A stretch of 64,000 bases of DNA, taken from contig JAAYSV010000008.1 in NCBI GenBank assembly GCA_012518215.1, positions 166,452 through 230,451 on the forward strand, written 5' to 3'. The position numbers and the translations under genes are program-made. The notes beneath the pieces are model-generated. The model made no database searches and was not told where the DNA came from. It saw only the letters and a list, made by a program, of their open reading frames with translations. Numbering within the stretch: position 1 is the first letter of the stretch; every line of letters begins with the position of its first letter. The stretch comes from Bacillota bacterium. GTDB lineage: Bacteria; Bacillota; Dethiobacteria; DTU022; PWGO01. Shown here piece by piece: positions 1 to 8,709 of the stretch.

Positions 1-367
1 CCAGGGCCATGGCCAGTTCGTCAGGCGACTTGTTGTTCCCGTGAAAATAGACGCGATCCATGGGAAAATTGGCAGCAATGGCCGTATGGAGTTCACCCCC
101 GGAAACAACATCCAGGCCGAGACCCTCCTCGGCAATCAAGCTACACATCGCCATGGCAAGAAACGCTTTTCCCGCATAAATTACCTCTCCGTGAGGGTAA
201 CATTTTTCCAGGGCATGAAGGTACTCCCTGCACCTTCGCCTGATCTGCCCCTCATTGTAGACAAAAAGAGGCGTCCCGTAGTTGTGAGCCAGTTCTACAA
301 GGTCACAACCTTCCATCTCCAGATGCCCTTTATCATTTACGCCCAACCATTCCAGAAATAATACCAT
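1..367 (-). CDS. lysA: Diaminopimelate decarboxylase, N-terminal ~122 aa (partial, continues beyond left edge)
   Basis: Minus-strand translation from ATG(365-367): MVLFLEWLGVNDKGHLEMEGCDLVELAHNYGTPLFVYNEGQIRRRCREYL...GKAFLAMAMCSLIAEEGLGLDVVSGGELHTAIAANFPMDRVYFHGNNKSPDEL. This matches the conserved N-terminus of LysA (fold-III PLP decarboxylase; compare B. subtilis ...GTPLYVYD...LDVVSGGELYTA...HGNNKS). SD AAAGGGA lies 8 nt upstream. The gene is absent from the ORF track because it is partial. Confidence 0.85.
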   Translation of the reverse strand, partial: MVLFLEWLGVNDKGHLEMEGCDLVELAHNYGTPLFVYNEGQIRRRCREYLHALEKCYPHGEVIYAGKAFLAMAMCSLIAEEGLGLDVVSGGELHTAIAANFPMDRVYFHGNNKSPDELAMAL

Positions 368-397
368 TCCTGTTTCCCTTTCTTCGCCAGGCAAATA

Positions 398-430
398 AAA
401 ACGGCTAACCTGTCATGCGCTAGCCGGGAG
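398..430 (-). terminator. Intrinsic terminator of the lysine-riboswitch expression platform
   Basis: On the minus strand: CGGCUAGCGCAUGACAGGUUAGCCG followed by UUUUUAUUU, a 6-bp stem plus U-tract, immediately upstream of the lysA SD. Confidence 0.55.
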
Positions 431-447
431 ACACAGATTACCCCTTT

Positions 448-645
448 TACCTTGACGAGATAGCGCACCACCACAAAATCCGGGTAAACCTTGCGGTGAC
501 AGTTCGTCAGCTCTTTGCAGACGACCCAGCATCCGATCCACAGGGAGGATGGATACTTCGGCGGCAACCCCTTTCCTTCGGTTCATCGGGCCCCTTCTTA
601 ACCCTCCGCAGAAATACTCTTGGCAACCGCGCCTCTACCCCATCC
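448..645 (-). promoter_or_regulatory. Lysine riboswitch (L-box) in the lysA leader
   Basis: The minus-strand sequence contains the L-box hallmarks in order: GGUAGAGGCGCGGUUGCCAAGAGUA, then GAAAGGGGUUGCCGCCGAAG, then ACUGUCACC, then GGUGCGCUAUCUCGUC. Compare the B. subtilis lysC leader: AGAGGUGCGAACUUCAAGAGUA, GAAAGGGGAGCGUCGCCGAAG, GGCUGUCA, GGGCUAUCUCG. It sits directly 5' of lysA. Confidence 0.75.
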
Positions 646-687
646 CCGGTGAGATGAGGTATGCTTTATTATTTTTTTCTTCATGAC

Positions 688-716
688 ATTTTACCATGAC
701 CTTCGGGCAAAGACAA
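688..716 (-). promoter_or_regulatory. Candidate sigma-A promoter for the riboswitch-lysA transcript
   Basis: Minus strand: TTGTCT (711-716), 17-nt spacer, TAAAAT (688-693), about 45 nt upstream of the riboswitch P1. Confidence 0.4.
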
Positions 717-835
717 TACAGCCATGTGCCCATTGCCAGCACATTGTATGTCATCATCCATTCCGGAAGCCTTCACTGATGGAACAATGGTGACAACCGA
801 CTACAGGTACAGGTTGCCCCTGTAAATCGAAACAG

Positions 836-1306
836 TCAGCTTTCTTCCTCATCAGCCAATGCTGTTATCACCGGCCTGTACCGAGGGTTGTCCTTGACCC
901 TTCTGTCCCAGATCCTGATGCCCCCGAAGGTCATTGCAGCCAGGCTCAGCCCCGAAACAGCCGCAATCAAAACATGATCACCCTTGAAACCTACTGCCGC
1001 CGCCAGGGAGAACCCCGCCCAGATTCCCGCAAGAAGAACGATAACGGGTACGAGATAAAAAACAAAAGAGAATAACAGCAGCTTGCCATCATCAACTTCG
1101 ATCTTGACCGTCTGTCCGGGCAGTGCATCGATGGGGTTGTCCACTTCAACATGTGAGTCCATGGTGTCCGGTCCACCCAACAACCCCCCGCATCGGCCGC
1201 ATCCTTCACAGGCCACATGGCGCCTCATCAGCACAACAGCCCTGTTTCCACGTTTTTCGATTACCTTTCCGAAACGTTCCACCCTGTCCCCCCTTCCAGC
1301 AGTCAT
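836..1306 (-). CDS. RseC/MucC-family (SoxR-reducing-system / sigma-E positive-regulator family) small membrane protein
   Basis: ORF 836..1396, trimmed to ATG 1306 because the upstream 30 codons are low-complexity translation of an A-rich spacer. It has a Cys-rich N-domain (VACEGCGRCGG) and two C-terminal TM helices (LLLFSFVFYLVPVIVLLAGIWAGF / VLIAAVSGLSLAAMTFGG), typical of PF04246. The SD is weak and the start uncertain. Confidence 0.55.
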   Translation of the reverse strand: MTAGRGDRVERFGKVIEKRGNRAVVLMRRHVACEGCGRCGGLLGGPDTMDSHVEVDNPIDALPGQTVKIEVDDGKLLLFSFVFYLVPVIVLLAGIWAGFSLAAAVGFKGDHVLIAAVSGLSLAAMTFGGIRIWDRRVKDNPRYRPVITALADEEES

Positions 1307-1474
1307 CCCTATTTTACCACACCGCCCCCCGATTATAATAAAAAGGAAAAAAGGGCCGGGTTGTTGCAAGTTTGAAAGGGCCCTTGCCCGGAACATCGTT
1401 CAGCCAGCACCGCAACAATTGGCTGACAGCAAGTTTCCCATGAAAAGAACCGACAGCATGGAGGTTAAAATGGA

Positions 1475-1515
1475 GAAGGCCTGTTCCGGTAACAGGCCTT
1501 CTCTTCTTTTTCTTT
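1475..1515. terminator. Intrinsic terminator downstream of flxA-like gene (bidirectional hairpin)
   Basis: GAAGGCCUGUU-CCGGU-AACAGGCCUUC, an 11-bp stem. It is followed on the plus strand by TCTTCTTTTTCTTT and on the minus strand by UCCAUUUUAA. It lies 30 nt after the stop of the 1533..2381 gene. Confidence 0.5.
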
Positions 1516-1532
1516 ACCATCCGAACCGGCCT

Positions 1533-2381
1533 TCAAGCCGAAGCTTCGGGAACTCCTTTGAGCACCGCGTAACTGAATACCGGTCCATCCTTGCAAACAT
1601 AGAGGGGGCCCGCATTGCAACGGCCACATTTGCCTATGCCACACTTCATCCTGTTTTCAAGAGTCGTATAGATCTGCTCATCGGCAAAACCCAATTTTTT
1701 CAGATTCTCGATAACAAAACGAATCATGATCGGCGGACCGCAGGTGATGGCAATGGTGTTCTCCGGAGAGGGAGCCACCTCCATCAGCAAGTTGGGAACA
1801 AATCCGACATAATGAGGCCATCCTTCTTCTTCCACGTCCACCGACAGGTGGCAACAGATTCCATCCTGTTTGGCCAGGTTTTCAAACTCGGATTTGAAAC
1901 AGAGGTCGCCCGACGTTCGTGATCCGTAAATCGTGGTCAACCCCTCGTAATCACCGATATTGGCCTTCACATGCTCTACTATGGGGCGTAACGGCGCCTG
2001 GCCGATACCCCCTCCGATAGTGACAATATTTTTACCTTTCCAGTCCTCGACCGGAAAACTATTACCGTATGGTCCCCTGACCATCATCTTGTCACCCGGC
2101 TCCAATTGATGAAGTGCCCGGGTAACTTTGCCCATGCGCATCACTGAAAACCGCAGAAATTTCCCTTCCGTGGGCGAACAGGATATCGATATCATGCTCT
2201 CTCCCACACCAAGGACTCCGATCATTGCACACTGCCCCGGCCGATGTTCCCAACTATCTTTTATCTTCTCATCATCGAAGACCACTTTCAGGGTTTTTAT
2301 GCAACGATCACCGTACGTCTCGTGCCAGGCTTCCTCAACGGTAGCAATATGGGGTATATAAGGATTAGCGTTGTTTTTCAT
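1533..2381 (-). CDS. FlxA-like NAD(P)H:flavin oxidoreductase subunit (PyrK / sulfhydrogenase-gamma-like; FAD + NAD(P)-binding + C-terminal 2Fe-2S)
   Basis: ORF 1533..2609 trimmed to ATG 2381 (SD AAAGGAGGCG, spacer 5 nt). FAD motif RFSVMRM, NAD(P) motif GGGIGQAPLRP and C-terminal CGIGKCGRCN cluster motif are present. The ATG overlaps the upstream stop as ATGA. Confidence 0.8.
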   Translation of the reverse strand: MKNNANPYIPHIATVEEAWHETYGDRCIKTLKVVFDDEKIKDSWEHRPGQCAMIGVLGVGESMISISCSPTEGKFLRFSVMRMGKVTRALHQLEPGDKMMVRGPYGNSFPVEDWKGKNIVTIGGGIGQAPLRPIVEHVKANIGDYEGLTTIYGSRTSGDLCFKSEFENLAKQDGICCHLSVDVEEEGWPHYVGFVPNLLMEVAPSPENTIAITCGPPIMIRFVIENLKKLGFADEQIYTTLENRMKCGIGKCGRCNAGPLYVCKDGPVFSYAVLKGVPEASA

Positions 2382-3415
2382 AGCGCCTCCTTTACCTTTG
2401 AAAGAATGTCCAGTATATCTATATTGGCCGGGCAGTACTCTATACACCGGCCACATCCAACACAGGCTGTTTTCCCGAACTTGCTTACGTAGTAGTAATA
2501 CTTGTGATTGATCCGGTTGCGCGTTCGTTCGCGGGTCGTCGGGCGTGGATTGTGACCGGATGTATGAAGGGTATATTCTGCAAACATGCAGGAATCCCAC
2601 ATCCGGCAACGGCGGCCTTCTTCCATTTCCACTTCATCCTGGATGTCGAAGCAGTGACAGGTTGGACAGAGGAAAGTGCAAGTTCCACAGCTGATACAAG
2701 CGTTGGAAATGTCCTTCCACAATTGGTCCTCCCACAATTCCGGCAACCCCTCGGCAATGCCTTCGATTTCAATGGAGCGTCCTATCTTCTCCTCCGCCGC
2801 CCTGGTCAGAGCATCTGCAGCGCTCCTGTCTTCGGCGGTTGCATCGCTCAGCAAATCACCGTTCGAACCGAGGATTTCCTTGCCCTTTTCCGAAATTTCC
2901 CGGAGCAAATACCGATCGCCGAGGTCTACCATCAGAACATCCAGCCCCTCGGTCGAGGCCGGGCCACCCCCCACGGATGTGCAGAAACAGTTCACGCAGG
3001 GTTCGTTGCAGGCCAACCCGATCAGCAATGTCTGGTTTCTTTTATCCTGATAGTACCCATCATCGTAATCCCAGGAAAAGAGGCTGTCCACGATGGACAT
3101 GGCCCGGGCATCACATGGGCGGATTCCCAGTACCACCATTTCCTGTACCCCTTCGGGGACAGTTACTTCCTGCTGGCCCAGCTCGAAACTGAACATCGTC
3201 TCTGTTTGCGGAAAGACCACGCTTTTGGGAGGTACCGTGGTGTTGTGCCTCTTTGCTCCTTCGAAGGGAGGCGCCAATGTTGGTTGTGCTTCCCCTTCAG
3301 CATAGGGAACAAACTTCACTGCATCCTCGCTGTCAACCAGCCACACCTTCCTGGAGGAAGCCATCTTCTCCACAAATTCAGACCACTTATCTTTTTTCAA
3401 AATCTTATCAGACAT
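2378..3415 (-). CDS. FlxB-like Fe-S subunit (AsrA / sulfhydrogenase-beta-like, multiple 4Fe-4S motifs)
   Basis: ORF 2378..3421. The preferred start is ATG 3415 with SD AGGTGG 7 nt upstream. Cys motifs present: CNEPCVNCFC, CISCGTCTFLCPTCHC and CVGCGRCIEYCP. Confidence 0.7.
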   Translation of the reverse strand: MSDKILKKDKWSEFVEKMASSRKVWLVDSEDAVKFVPYAEGEAQPTLAPPFEGAKRHNTTVPPKSVVFPQTETMFSFELGQQEVTVPEGVQEMVVLGIRPCDARAMSIVDSLFSWDYDDGYYQDKRNQTLLIGLACNEPCVNCFCTSVGGGPASTEGLDVLMVDLGDRYLLREISEKGKEILGSNGDLLSDATAEDRSAADALTRAAEEKIGRSIEIEGIAEGLPELWEDQLWKDISNACISCGTCTFLCPTCHCFDIQDEVEMEEGRRCRMWDSCMFAEYTLHTSGHNPRPTTRERTRNRINHKYYYYVSKFGKTACVGCGRCIEYCPANIDILDILSKVKEAL

Positions 3416-3427
3416 ATTCACCCACCT

Positions 3428-4411
3428 CTAGAGAACAAAGTCTTCCTGATCATCAGGATGAAAACTGGCCTGAAACGGCTTTCCTTCCACATCCAACCCT
3501 GGTTCATAATCAAATTGGTTCCGCACTTCCTGAGCCAGTTTACGGTTAAGTTTACCCAGCGGCAATCCGGCGGGGCAAACTCTTTCACATTCGCCGCAAT
3601 CCACACAGCGGCCGACCAGATGAAAGGCACGGGCCAGATTGAAAATGGTGTTTTCACTGTAATTTGCCGCCCGGTTGATCCACGTCGGATTCAACCGATC
3701 AAGGACACAATCCTCGCAGTAACACATCGGACACACGTTGCGGCAAGAGTAACAGCGGATACAGCGGGAAAATTCTTTTTCCCAGTATGCCCACCGCTCT
3801 TCAAGAGACATATCTTCGATCTCTTTTACTTCCGGCGACTCCCCGTTACCGCCTGGTTGCACCTCGCTACCAAGACTGATATCGGCTATTACCGGATTTG
3901 GATGCCGGCATATCAGGCAGTTGTCCGCCAACACCTCTTCCCGTGCCACCTCTTTCTCCCCATCAGGGAATTTGAATACGATCTTGTCATCTTTCCATGC
4001 CGCCTCGACAGAATCCAGAGTTTCAGGATACTTTTCTCGTACTTTTTTTAAATCAACGACGCCCCGGCAGGGGCATCCGATTACAACCACCCGCTCCCTT
4101 TCTATCCCTTTTTCCACCAGCAATTGGACCACAGCGCGGCTGTCGCACCCTTTGACCAGCAATGCAACCTTTCGCTCATCTGGCTGCTGGCCGCGCGGGA
4201 CCGGCAACTTTTCGGCATAAGTGAGATAGCTGGCCAGGTTTGATACACACAACGGAGAAAAAATCAGTTTTTCCGTTTCTTCGGGCTTTTCAATAACACA
4301 GGGTGAAACCCGGTAACCGAAAGTCCCCTTCTGCCAGCCTAGCAAATGCTTCACATCGTCGCGTGAAACCACTTCTGCAGCGGTACTGCGAAGTTTTTCC
4401 AGATCTACCAA
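3428..4411 (-). CDS. FlxC-like Fe-S subunit (FrhB / HydB-like, two 4Fe-4S ferredoxin motifs)
   Basis: ORF 3428..4459 (TTG). I prefer TTG at 4409-4411 because a strong SD GGGGGGAGGAG ends 4 nt upstream and it lies 14 nt after the MvhD stop. Motifs present: CIRCYSCRNVCPMC and CVDCGECERVCP. Confidence 0.65.
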   Translation of the reverse strand: MVDLEKLRSTAAEVVSRDDVKHLLGWQKGTFGYRVSPCVIEKPEETEKLIFSPLCVSNLASYLTYAEKLPVPRGQQPDERKVALLVKGCDSRAVVQLLVEKGIERERVVVIGCPCRGVVDLKKVREKYPETLDSVEAAWKDDKIVFKFPDGEKEVAREEVLADNCLICRHPNPVIADISLGSEVQPGGNGESPEVKEIEDMSLEERWAYWEKEFSRCIRCYSCRNVCPMCYCEDCVLDRLNPTWINRAANYSENTIFNLARAFHLVGRCVDCGECERVCPAGLPLGKLNRKLAQEVRNQFDYEPGLDVEGKPFQASFHPDDQEDFVL

Positions 4412-4424
4412 GCGCTCCTCCCCC

Positions 4425-4856
4425 CTACCAATTGATCTTGTTACGTCGAAACTGTTCAAATGGTCCCAGTTCGCGAGTATCTTCTACAATTTTTTCCACG
4501 ACTTCCTTCCATTTGGTGGGCTCCGAAGCAGAAACCCAGCTCATCTGGAAACGACGGGGGTCGATACCCACAAACTCCATCATCTCTTTTAACAGTCCCA
4601 TCCTGCGGCGGGCATACATATTGCCCTCCATGTAGTGACAGTCACCCGGGTGGCATCCGGAAACAAGCACGCCGTCAGCCCCCTGCTGAAGCGCATTCAG
4701 GACAAAGAGCGGGTTGACCCTTCCCGAGCACATCACACGTATTACCTTGATATTGCAAGGATACTTCACCCGGCTGGTCCCAGCAAGATCAGCCCCGGCA
4801 TAGGAACACCAGTTGCACAGAAAAGCAACTATGTTTGGTTCAAAATTCTCCGTCAT
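4425..4856 (-). CDS. mvhD: MvhD / FlxD (methyl-viologen-reducing hydrogenase delta-subunit family, 2Fe-2S electron-transfer protein)
   Basis: ORF 4425..4958 trimmed to ATG 4856 (MTENFEPNIVAFLCNWCSYAGADLAG...GADGVLVSGCHPGDCHY). SD GGAG is present. The ATG overlaps the hdrA stop as ATGA. Confidence 0.85.
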   Translation of the reverse strand: MTENFEPNIVAFLCNWCSYAGADLAGTSRVKYPCNIKVIRVMCSGRVNPLFVLNALQQGADGVLVSGCHPGDCHYMEGNMYARRRMGLLKEMMEFVGIDPRRFQMSWVSASEPTKWKEVVEKIVEDTRELGPFEQFRRNKINW

Positions 4857-6850
4857 TCTCCAACCCCCAATGCAGCAATTTGCGGTAATATCTGGCAATC
4901 CATAAACGACCGCGACTGGATTGATCCAGACAGACATCCGGCCACACAGGCGCCGCATCCCTTGCAGAGTGCCTCGTTGACCCTGGCCACGTTGACCGTA
5001 CGGCCCATGCGATTGATTTCAACCAACTCGATGGCCGTGTAAGGGCATATCTCTACACAGAATGCACAACCGCGGCAGGTGCTCTCATCCACGCAGCTTA
5101 CCTGCGCTTCAACCTTCACCTTGCCGGAAGAAAGGGGAATCAGTGCCGAGGCAGCAGCCCCCTTGGCCTGGGCCACCGTGTCCGGTATGTCCTTGGGAGC
5201 CTGGCAACAGCCGGCCAGGAAAACCCCGTCCGAGGATGTATCCACCGGGCGCAGTTTGGGGTGCGCCTCCATGAGGAACCTGTCCGCGGATTGAGACAAC
5301 CTCAACAGATCGATCATCTCCCGTGTATCTTTCCGCGGCTCGAGCCCCACCGAGAGAACGACCAGATCCACCTCATCCTCGAGAGGCGTTGCTGTAAGCG
5401 TGTCCTCCACCTTGATGACCATCTTCTCCCCGCGCCGGAAGATCTCCGATGGATTCCCCCGGATGTACCTGACCCCTTCACGGCGAACCCGGTCATAGAA
5501 CTCCTCGAAACCTTTTCCGAAGGCCCGGACATCCATGTAATAAACCCTTACCCTGGCATCGGGAATCTTCTCTTTTACCAGGTGAGCCTGTTTGGCCGTG
5601 TACATGCAACATACCCTTGAACAGTACTCGTTGCCGACACTTGTATCCCGCGATCCCACACACTGGATGAAGGCAATATCCTTGGGTTCCCTGGCATCTT
5701 CACCTTCGCCGATCAGGATATTACCACCGGTCGGCCCCGAAGCCGACACCAGGCGCTCCATCTCCAACCCGGTGATCACGTTGGCATTCCCCGTGTAGGC
5801 AAACTCCGGCTTGCGGGCAGCATCGAATACATCAAATCCGGTGGCCACGATGATCGCACCGACCTTGAATTCCACAATCTCGTCCGTCTGCTCGAAATTG
5901 ATCGCTTCCGCACGGCAGACCTCCACACATTTGGGCCCCTTGCCGCATTTACCCCTGGTCAGAAACAGGCAGCGTTCGGGATCGATGGTGTAGACGGCCG
6001 GCACCGCCTGCGGAAACGGCAGATAGATTGCCGAACGTTTTCCCAGTCCCTCGTTGAACTCATCGGGAATACGATTGGCGATGCGACAGCTTGTAGCACA
6101 GTCGCCGCATCCGGTACACTTGCTGAACTCCACATAACGGGCTTTTTTTCTGACTTTAACATCAAAATTCCCCACAAAACCGCCGATTTCCTCAACTTCC
6201 GCGTAAGTCATCAGCTCGATGTTCGGGTGGCTGGCCACATCGACCATCTTGGGGGTAAGGATACAGGCCGAGCAGTCCAATGTAGGAAAGGTCTTGTCCA
6301 GCTGGGCCATGCGCCCCCCCACCGAGGGTGTCTTCTCGACAAGATAGACCTTGAAGCCCGCATCAGCAATATCCAGTGCCGCCTGGATACCGGCCACCCC
6401 TGCACCGATGACCAGCGCAGCCGGTTCGGCATCGACGAATTTTTCCTCCAGGGGTTCGAGCATCCGCGCCTTGGCCACTGCCGAGGCCACAAGTCTTTTA
6501 GCTTTCTGTGTAGCTTTCTCCCGATCGGAATGGACCCAGGAACAATGTTCCCGTATGTTGGCCATTTCCAGATAGAAAGGATTGAGGCCCGCTTCCTTGA
6601 GTGTCTTCCGGAAAGTGAGTTCGTGCATACGCGGAGAACAGGAAGCCACCACCACCCTGTTTATACCAGATTTGCTGATATCCTCGCGGATCAGCAACTG
6701 CCCGGGATCGGAGCACATGTAGGCATAATTTTTGGCGATGACGACGCCGGGAAGCGTCGCCGCAAAATTGGTTACTTCCTCAACATCGACGGTTGCTGAA
6801 ATATTTATCCCACAATGACAAACATAAACACCCAATTTTGGTTTTTCCAT
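4853..6850 (-). CDS. hdrA: Heterodisulfide reductase subunit A-like flavoprotein (FAD, N-terminal CxCGxN cluster, inserted and C-terminal 4Fe-4S ferredoxin domains)
   Basis: 665-aa protein with the following motifs: GVYVCHCGINIS; GAGVAGIQAALDIADAG; CTGCGDCATSC...CVEVC; CRGCAFCVEICP...CKGCGACVAGC. SD GGGAGGA. Confidence 0.9.
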   Translation of the reverse strand: MEKPKLGVYVCHCGINISATVDVEEVTNFAATLPGVVIAKNYAYMCSDPGQLLIREDISKSGINRVVVASCSPRMHELTFRKTLKEAGLNPFYLEMANIREHCSWVHSDREKATQKAKRLVASAVAKARMLEPLEEKFVDAEPAALVIGAGVAGIQAALDIADAGFKVYLVEKTPSVGGRMAQLDKTFPTLDCSACILTPKMVDVASHPNIELMTYAEVEEIGGFVGNFDVKVRKKARYVEFSKCTGCGDCATSCRIANRIPDEFNEGLGKRSAIYLPFPQAVPAVYTIDPERCLFLTRGKCGKGPKCVEVCRAEAINFEQTDEIVEFKVGAIIVATGFDVFDAARKPEFAYTGNANVITGLEMERLVSASGPTGGNILIGEGEDAREPKDIAFIQCVGSRDTSVGNEYCSRVCCMYTAKQAHLVKEKIPDARVRVYYMDVRAFGKGFEEFYDRVRREGVRYIRGNPSEIFRRGEKMVIKVEDTLTATPLEDEVDLVVLSVGLEPRKDTREMIDLLRLSQSADRFLMEAHPKLRPVDTSSDGVFLAGCCQAPKDIPDTVAQAKGAAASALIPLSSGKVKVEAQVSCVDESTCRGCAFCVEICPYTAIELVEINRMGRTVNVARVNEALCKGCGACVAGCLSGSIQSRSFMDCQILPQIAALGVGE

Positions 6851-6909
6851 CTCGAATTTTCATCCTCCCACGCAGATTAGCTTTTGATAGTGCTGAACCA
6901 GCTTGGGGG

Positions 6910-7887
6910 CTAAGCACCTTTCATTTCTTTGATTTTTTCGGCCAGTTTTGGAACCACCTTGAACAGATCATCAACAATGGCGTAATCCGCCTCTGCAAAA
7001 ATCGGCGCATTGGGATCCTTGTTGATAGCCACGATGGTTTTGGCTCCTTTGATTCCGGCCAGATGCTGGAAGGCACCCGAGATTCCCACTGCAATGTAGA
7101 GCTTCGGCTTCACCGTTTTACCCGATGTCCCCACCTGGCGATCATGAGGTATCCAGCCCGCGTCGGTCGCCGCACGGGAGCCGCAGATATCTGCCCCGAT
7201 GCTTTCTGCCAGCTCTTCCATCAGGGGCAAATTCTTGTCTTCACGCACACCACGGCCGATCCCTACCAGCAATTCCGACTGGGTGATATCAACGTCGCCC
7301 ACTTCAGCTTCCACATACTCGACAAACGTGCGGTAATCAAGATCCTCTTTCAAAGGGGAATCGATTTTCTCAACACTTCCCTTTTTGGAAGGCTCGATCG
7401 CTTCAAAAGCGGATTCGCGGATGGTAAACAGATAGGTCTCCGCATCCTTGAAAGAAAATTCTCCGTTTACTTTCCCCTGATAATACTGACGCTCGGCAAT
7501 CGGTTTGCCTTCTTCAATTTTCAAAGCCACCAGATCGGTAAGAAAGGGAAGCCCCTTCTCCACAGCCAGCGCGGGTGCAAAATCCACGCCCTGAGCGGTA
7601 TGCCCGACCATCACGATAAAAGGCTTGTATTCATCAATCAGGGCTGAAACGATTTTCTGGTATTTATCACCGTTGAAATCTGCCAGCAGGGCATCATCGA
7701 TACAGAGGACCCTGTCACATGCCCCGGCCAGTTCGGAAGCAAAATCATCCACACCGTGACCCAGCAGCACGGCCACAACTTCTCCCTGGGCATCTGCAGC
7801 GACCTGGGATGCCAGATTCAGCATCTCCCAGGAGATATCACGCAATGCCCCCTGCCTGTGCTCCGCCAGTACAAATACATCACCCAT
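6910..7887 (-). CDS. etfA: Electron transfer flavoprotein alpha subunit
   Basis: 325 aa with an FAD-binding C-domain ([28 protein letters not shown]). SD AAGGAGG. It follows etfB after a 1-nt gap. Confidence 0.9.
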   Translation of the reverse strand: MGDVFVLAEHRQGALRDISWEMLNLASQVAADAQGEVVAVLLGHGVDDFASELAGACDRVLCIDDALLADFNGDKYQKIVSALIDEYKPFIVMVGHTAQGVDFAPALAVEKGLPFLTDLVALKIEEGKPIAERQYYQGKVNGEFSFKDAETYLFTIRESAFEAIEPSKKGSVEKIDSPLKEDLDYRTFVEYVEAEVGDVDITQSELLVGIGRGVREDKNLPLMEELAESIGADICGSRAATDAGWIPHDRQVGTSGKTVKPKLYIAVGISGAFQHLAGIKGAKTIVAINKDPNAPIFAEADYAIVDDLFKVVPKLAEKIKEMKGA

Positions 7888-7888
7888 C

Positions 7889-8677
7889 TTATAAATGACC
7901 TCCTTTTACGAGAATGGAAGCAAGTTTTTCCGCCTTTTCTTCCGGTTCACCCTCGATAAACTCCGCTGTCGAAACAACTTCCGGAATGTAAAGCTTGTTC
8001 AGAACGATCAACGAAGCAGACTCGTTCACCTGATCGGCAGGCATGGACAGATCGTCAAGATTCATTACCTTGAGTTCTTTTTTCTGCGCCTGTCTGATTC
8101 CCCTGATCGGGGCATAGCGGGGTTCGTTGATACCCGTCTGTATGGTCAGGACGGCCGGAAGGGCCACTTCCACAACCTCCATCAGCCCACCTTCAAGCTC
8201 CCTGCTTGCTTTTACCTTGCCATCAAGGACTTCAACATTTTTGACCATCGCCGCATGTGCCACACCCAGTTCTTCTGCCAGGGCCACCCCCACGGCCATC
8301 TGACCGTCATCGTTGGCCATGCAACCGGTGAGAACCAGGTCAAATTCTTGCCCCTTGATCGCTCCGGCAAGGACCTTGGCTATACAGATGGGGTCAAAGC
8401 TATTGATCCGGGGATCTTCTATGCGAATGGCACGATCCCCGCCCTTGGCAAGGGCCATACGGATCATGACTTCGGATTTCTGTGGCCCGATGGAAACGAC
8501 CGTGACCTCTCCTCCCTTGTCTTCCTTGATCAGCACGGATTCCTCGACCGCATAGTTGTCAGCATCGTTGATATCGAATGAAAATCGGCTGGAATCCACT
8601 GCCTTTCCGGTTTCGTCTAGTTTGATATCGGCTTCCGACGTATCCGGAACATACTTGATACAAACAAAAGTCTTCAC
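7889..8677 (-). CDS. etfB: Electron transfer flavoprotein beta subunit
   Basis: 262 aa starting MKTFVCIKYVPDTS... with a GTG start and SD GGAGGTGGAG. Confidence 0.9.
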   Translation of the reverse strand: MKTFVCIKYVPDTSEADIKLDETGKAVDSSRFSFDINDADNYAVEESVLIKEDKGGEVTVVSIGPQKSEVMIRMALAKGGDRAIRIEDPRINSFDPICIAKVLAGAIKGQEFDLVLTGCMANDDGQMAVGVALAEELGVAHAAMVKNVEVLDGKVKASRELEGGLMEVVEVALPAVLTIQTGINEPRYAPIRGIRQAQKKELKVMNLDDLSMPADQVNESASLIVLNKLYIPEVVSTAEFIEGEPEEKAEKLASILVKGGHL

Positions 8678-8709
8678 AAAACTCCACCTCCAACTTTCTA
8701 GTATTCGAT

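Noticed and set aside
41-361. Plus-strand 106-aa ORF at the left edge
   Set aside because: It is antisense to the clearly conserved lysA N-terminus on the minus strand and has no SD or homology-like features.
2504-4051. 515-aa plus-strand ORF
   Set aside because: It runs antisense across the flxB/flxC genes, whose minus-strand products have canonical Fe-S motifs. Its composition is Pro/Arg/His-rich antisense-like.
5062-7647. Several plus-strand ORFs (70-284 aa) inside hdrA/etfA
   Set aside because: Antisense to HdrA and EtfA with no recognisable motifs.
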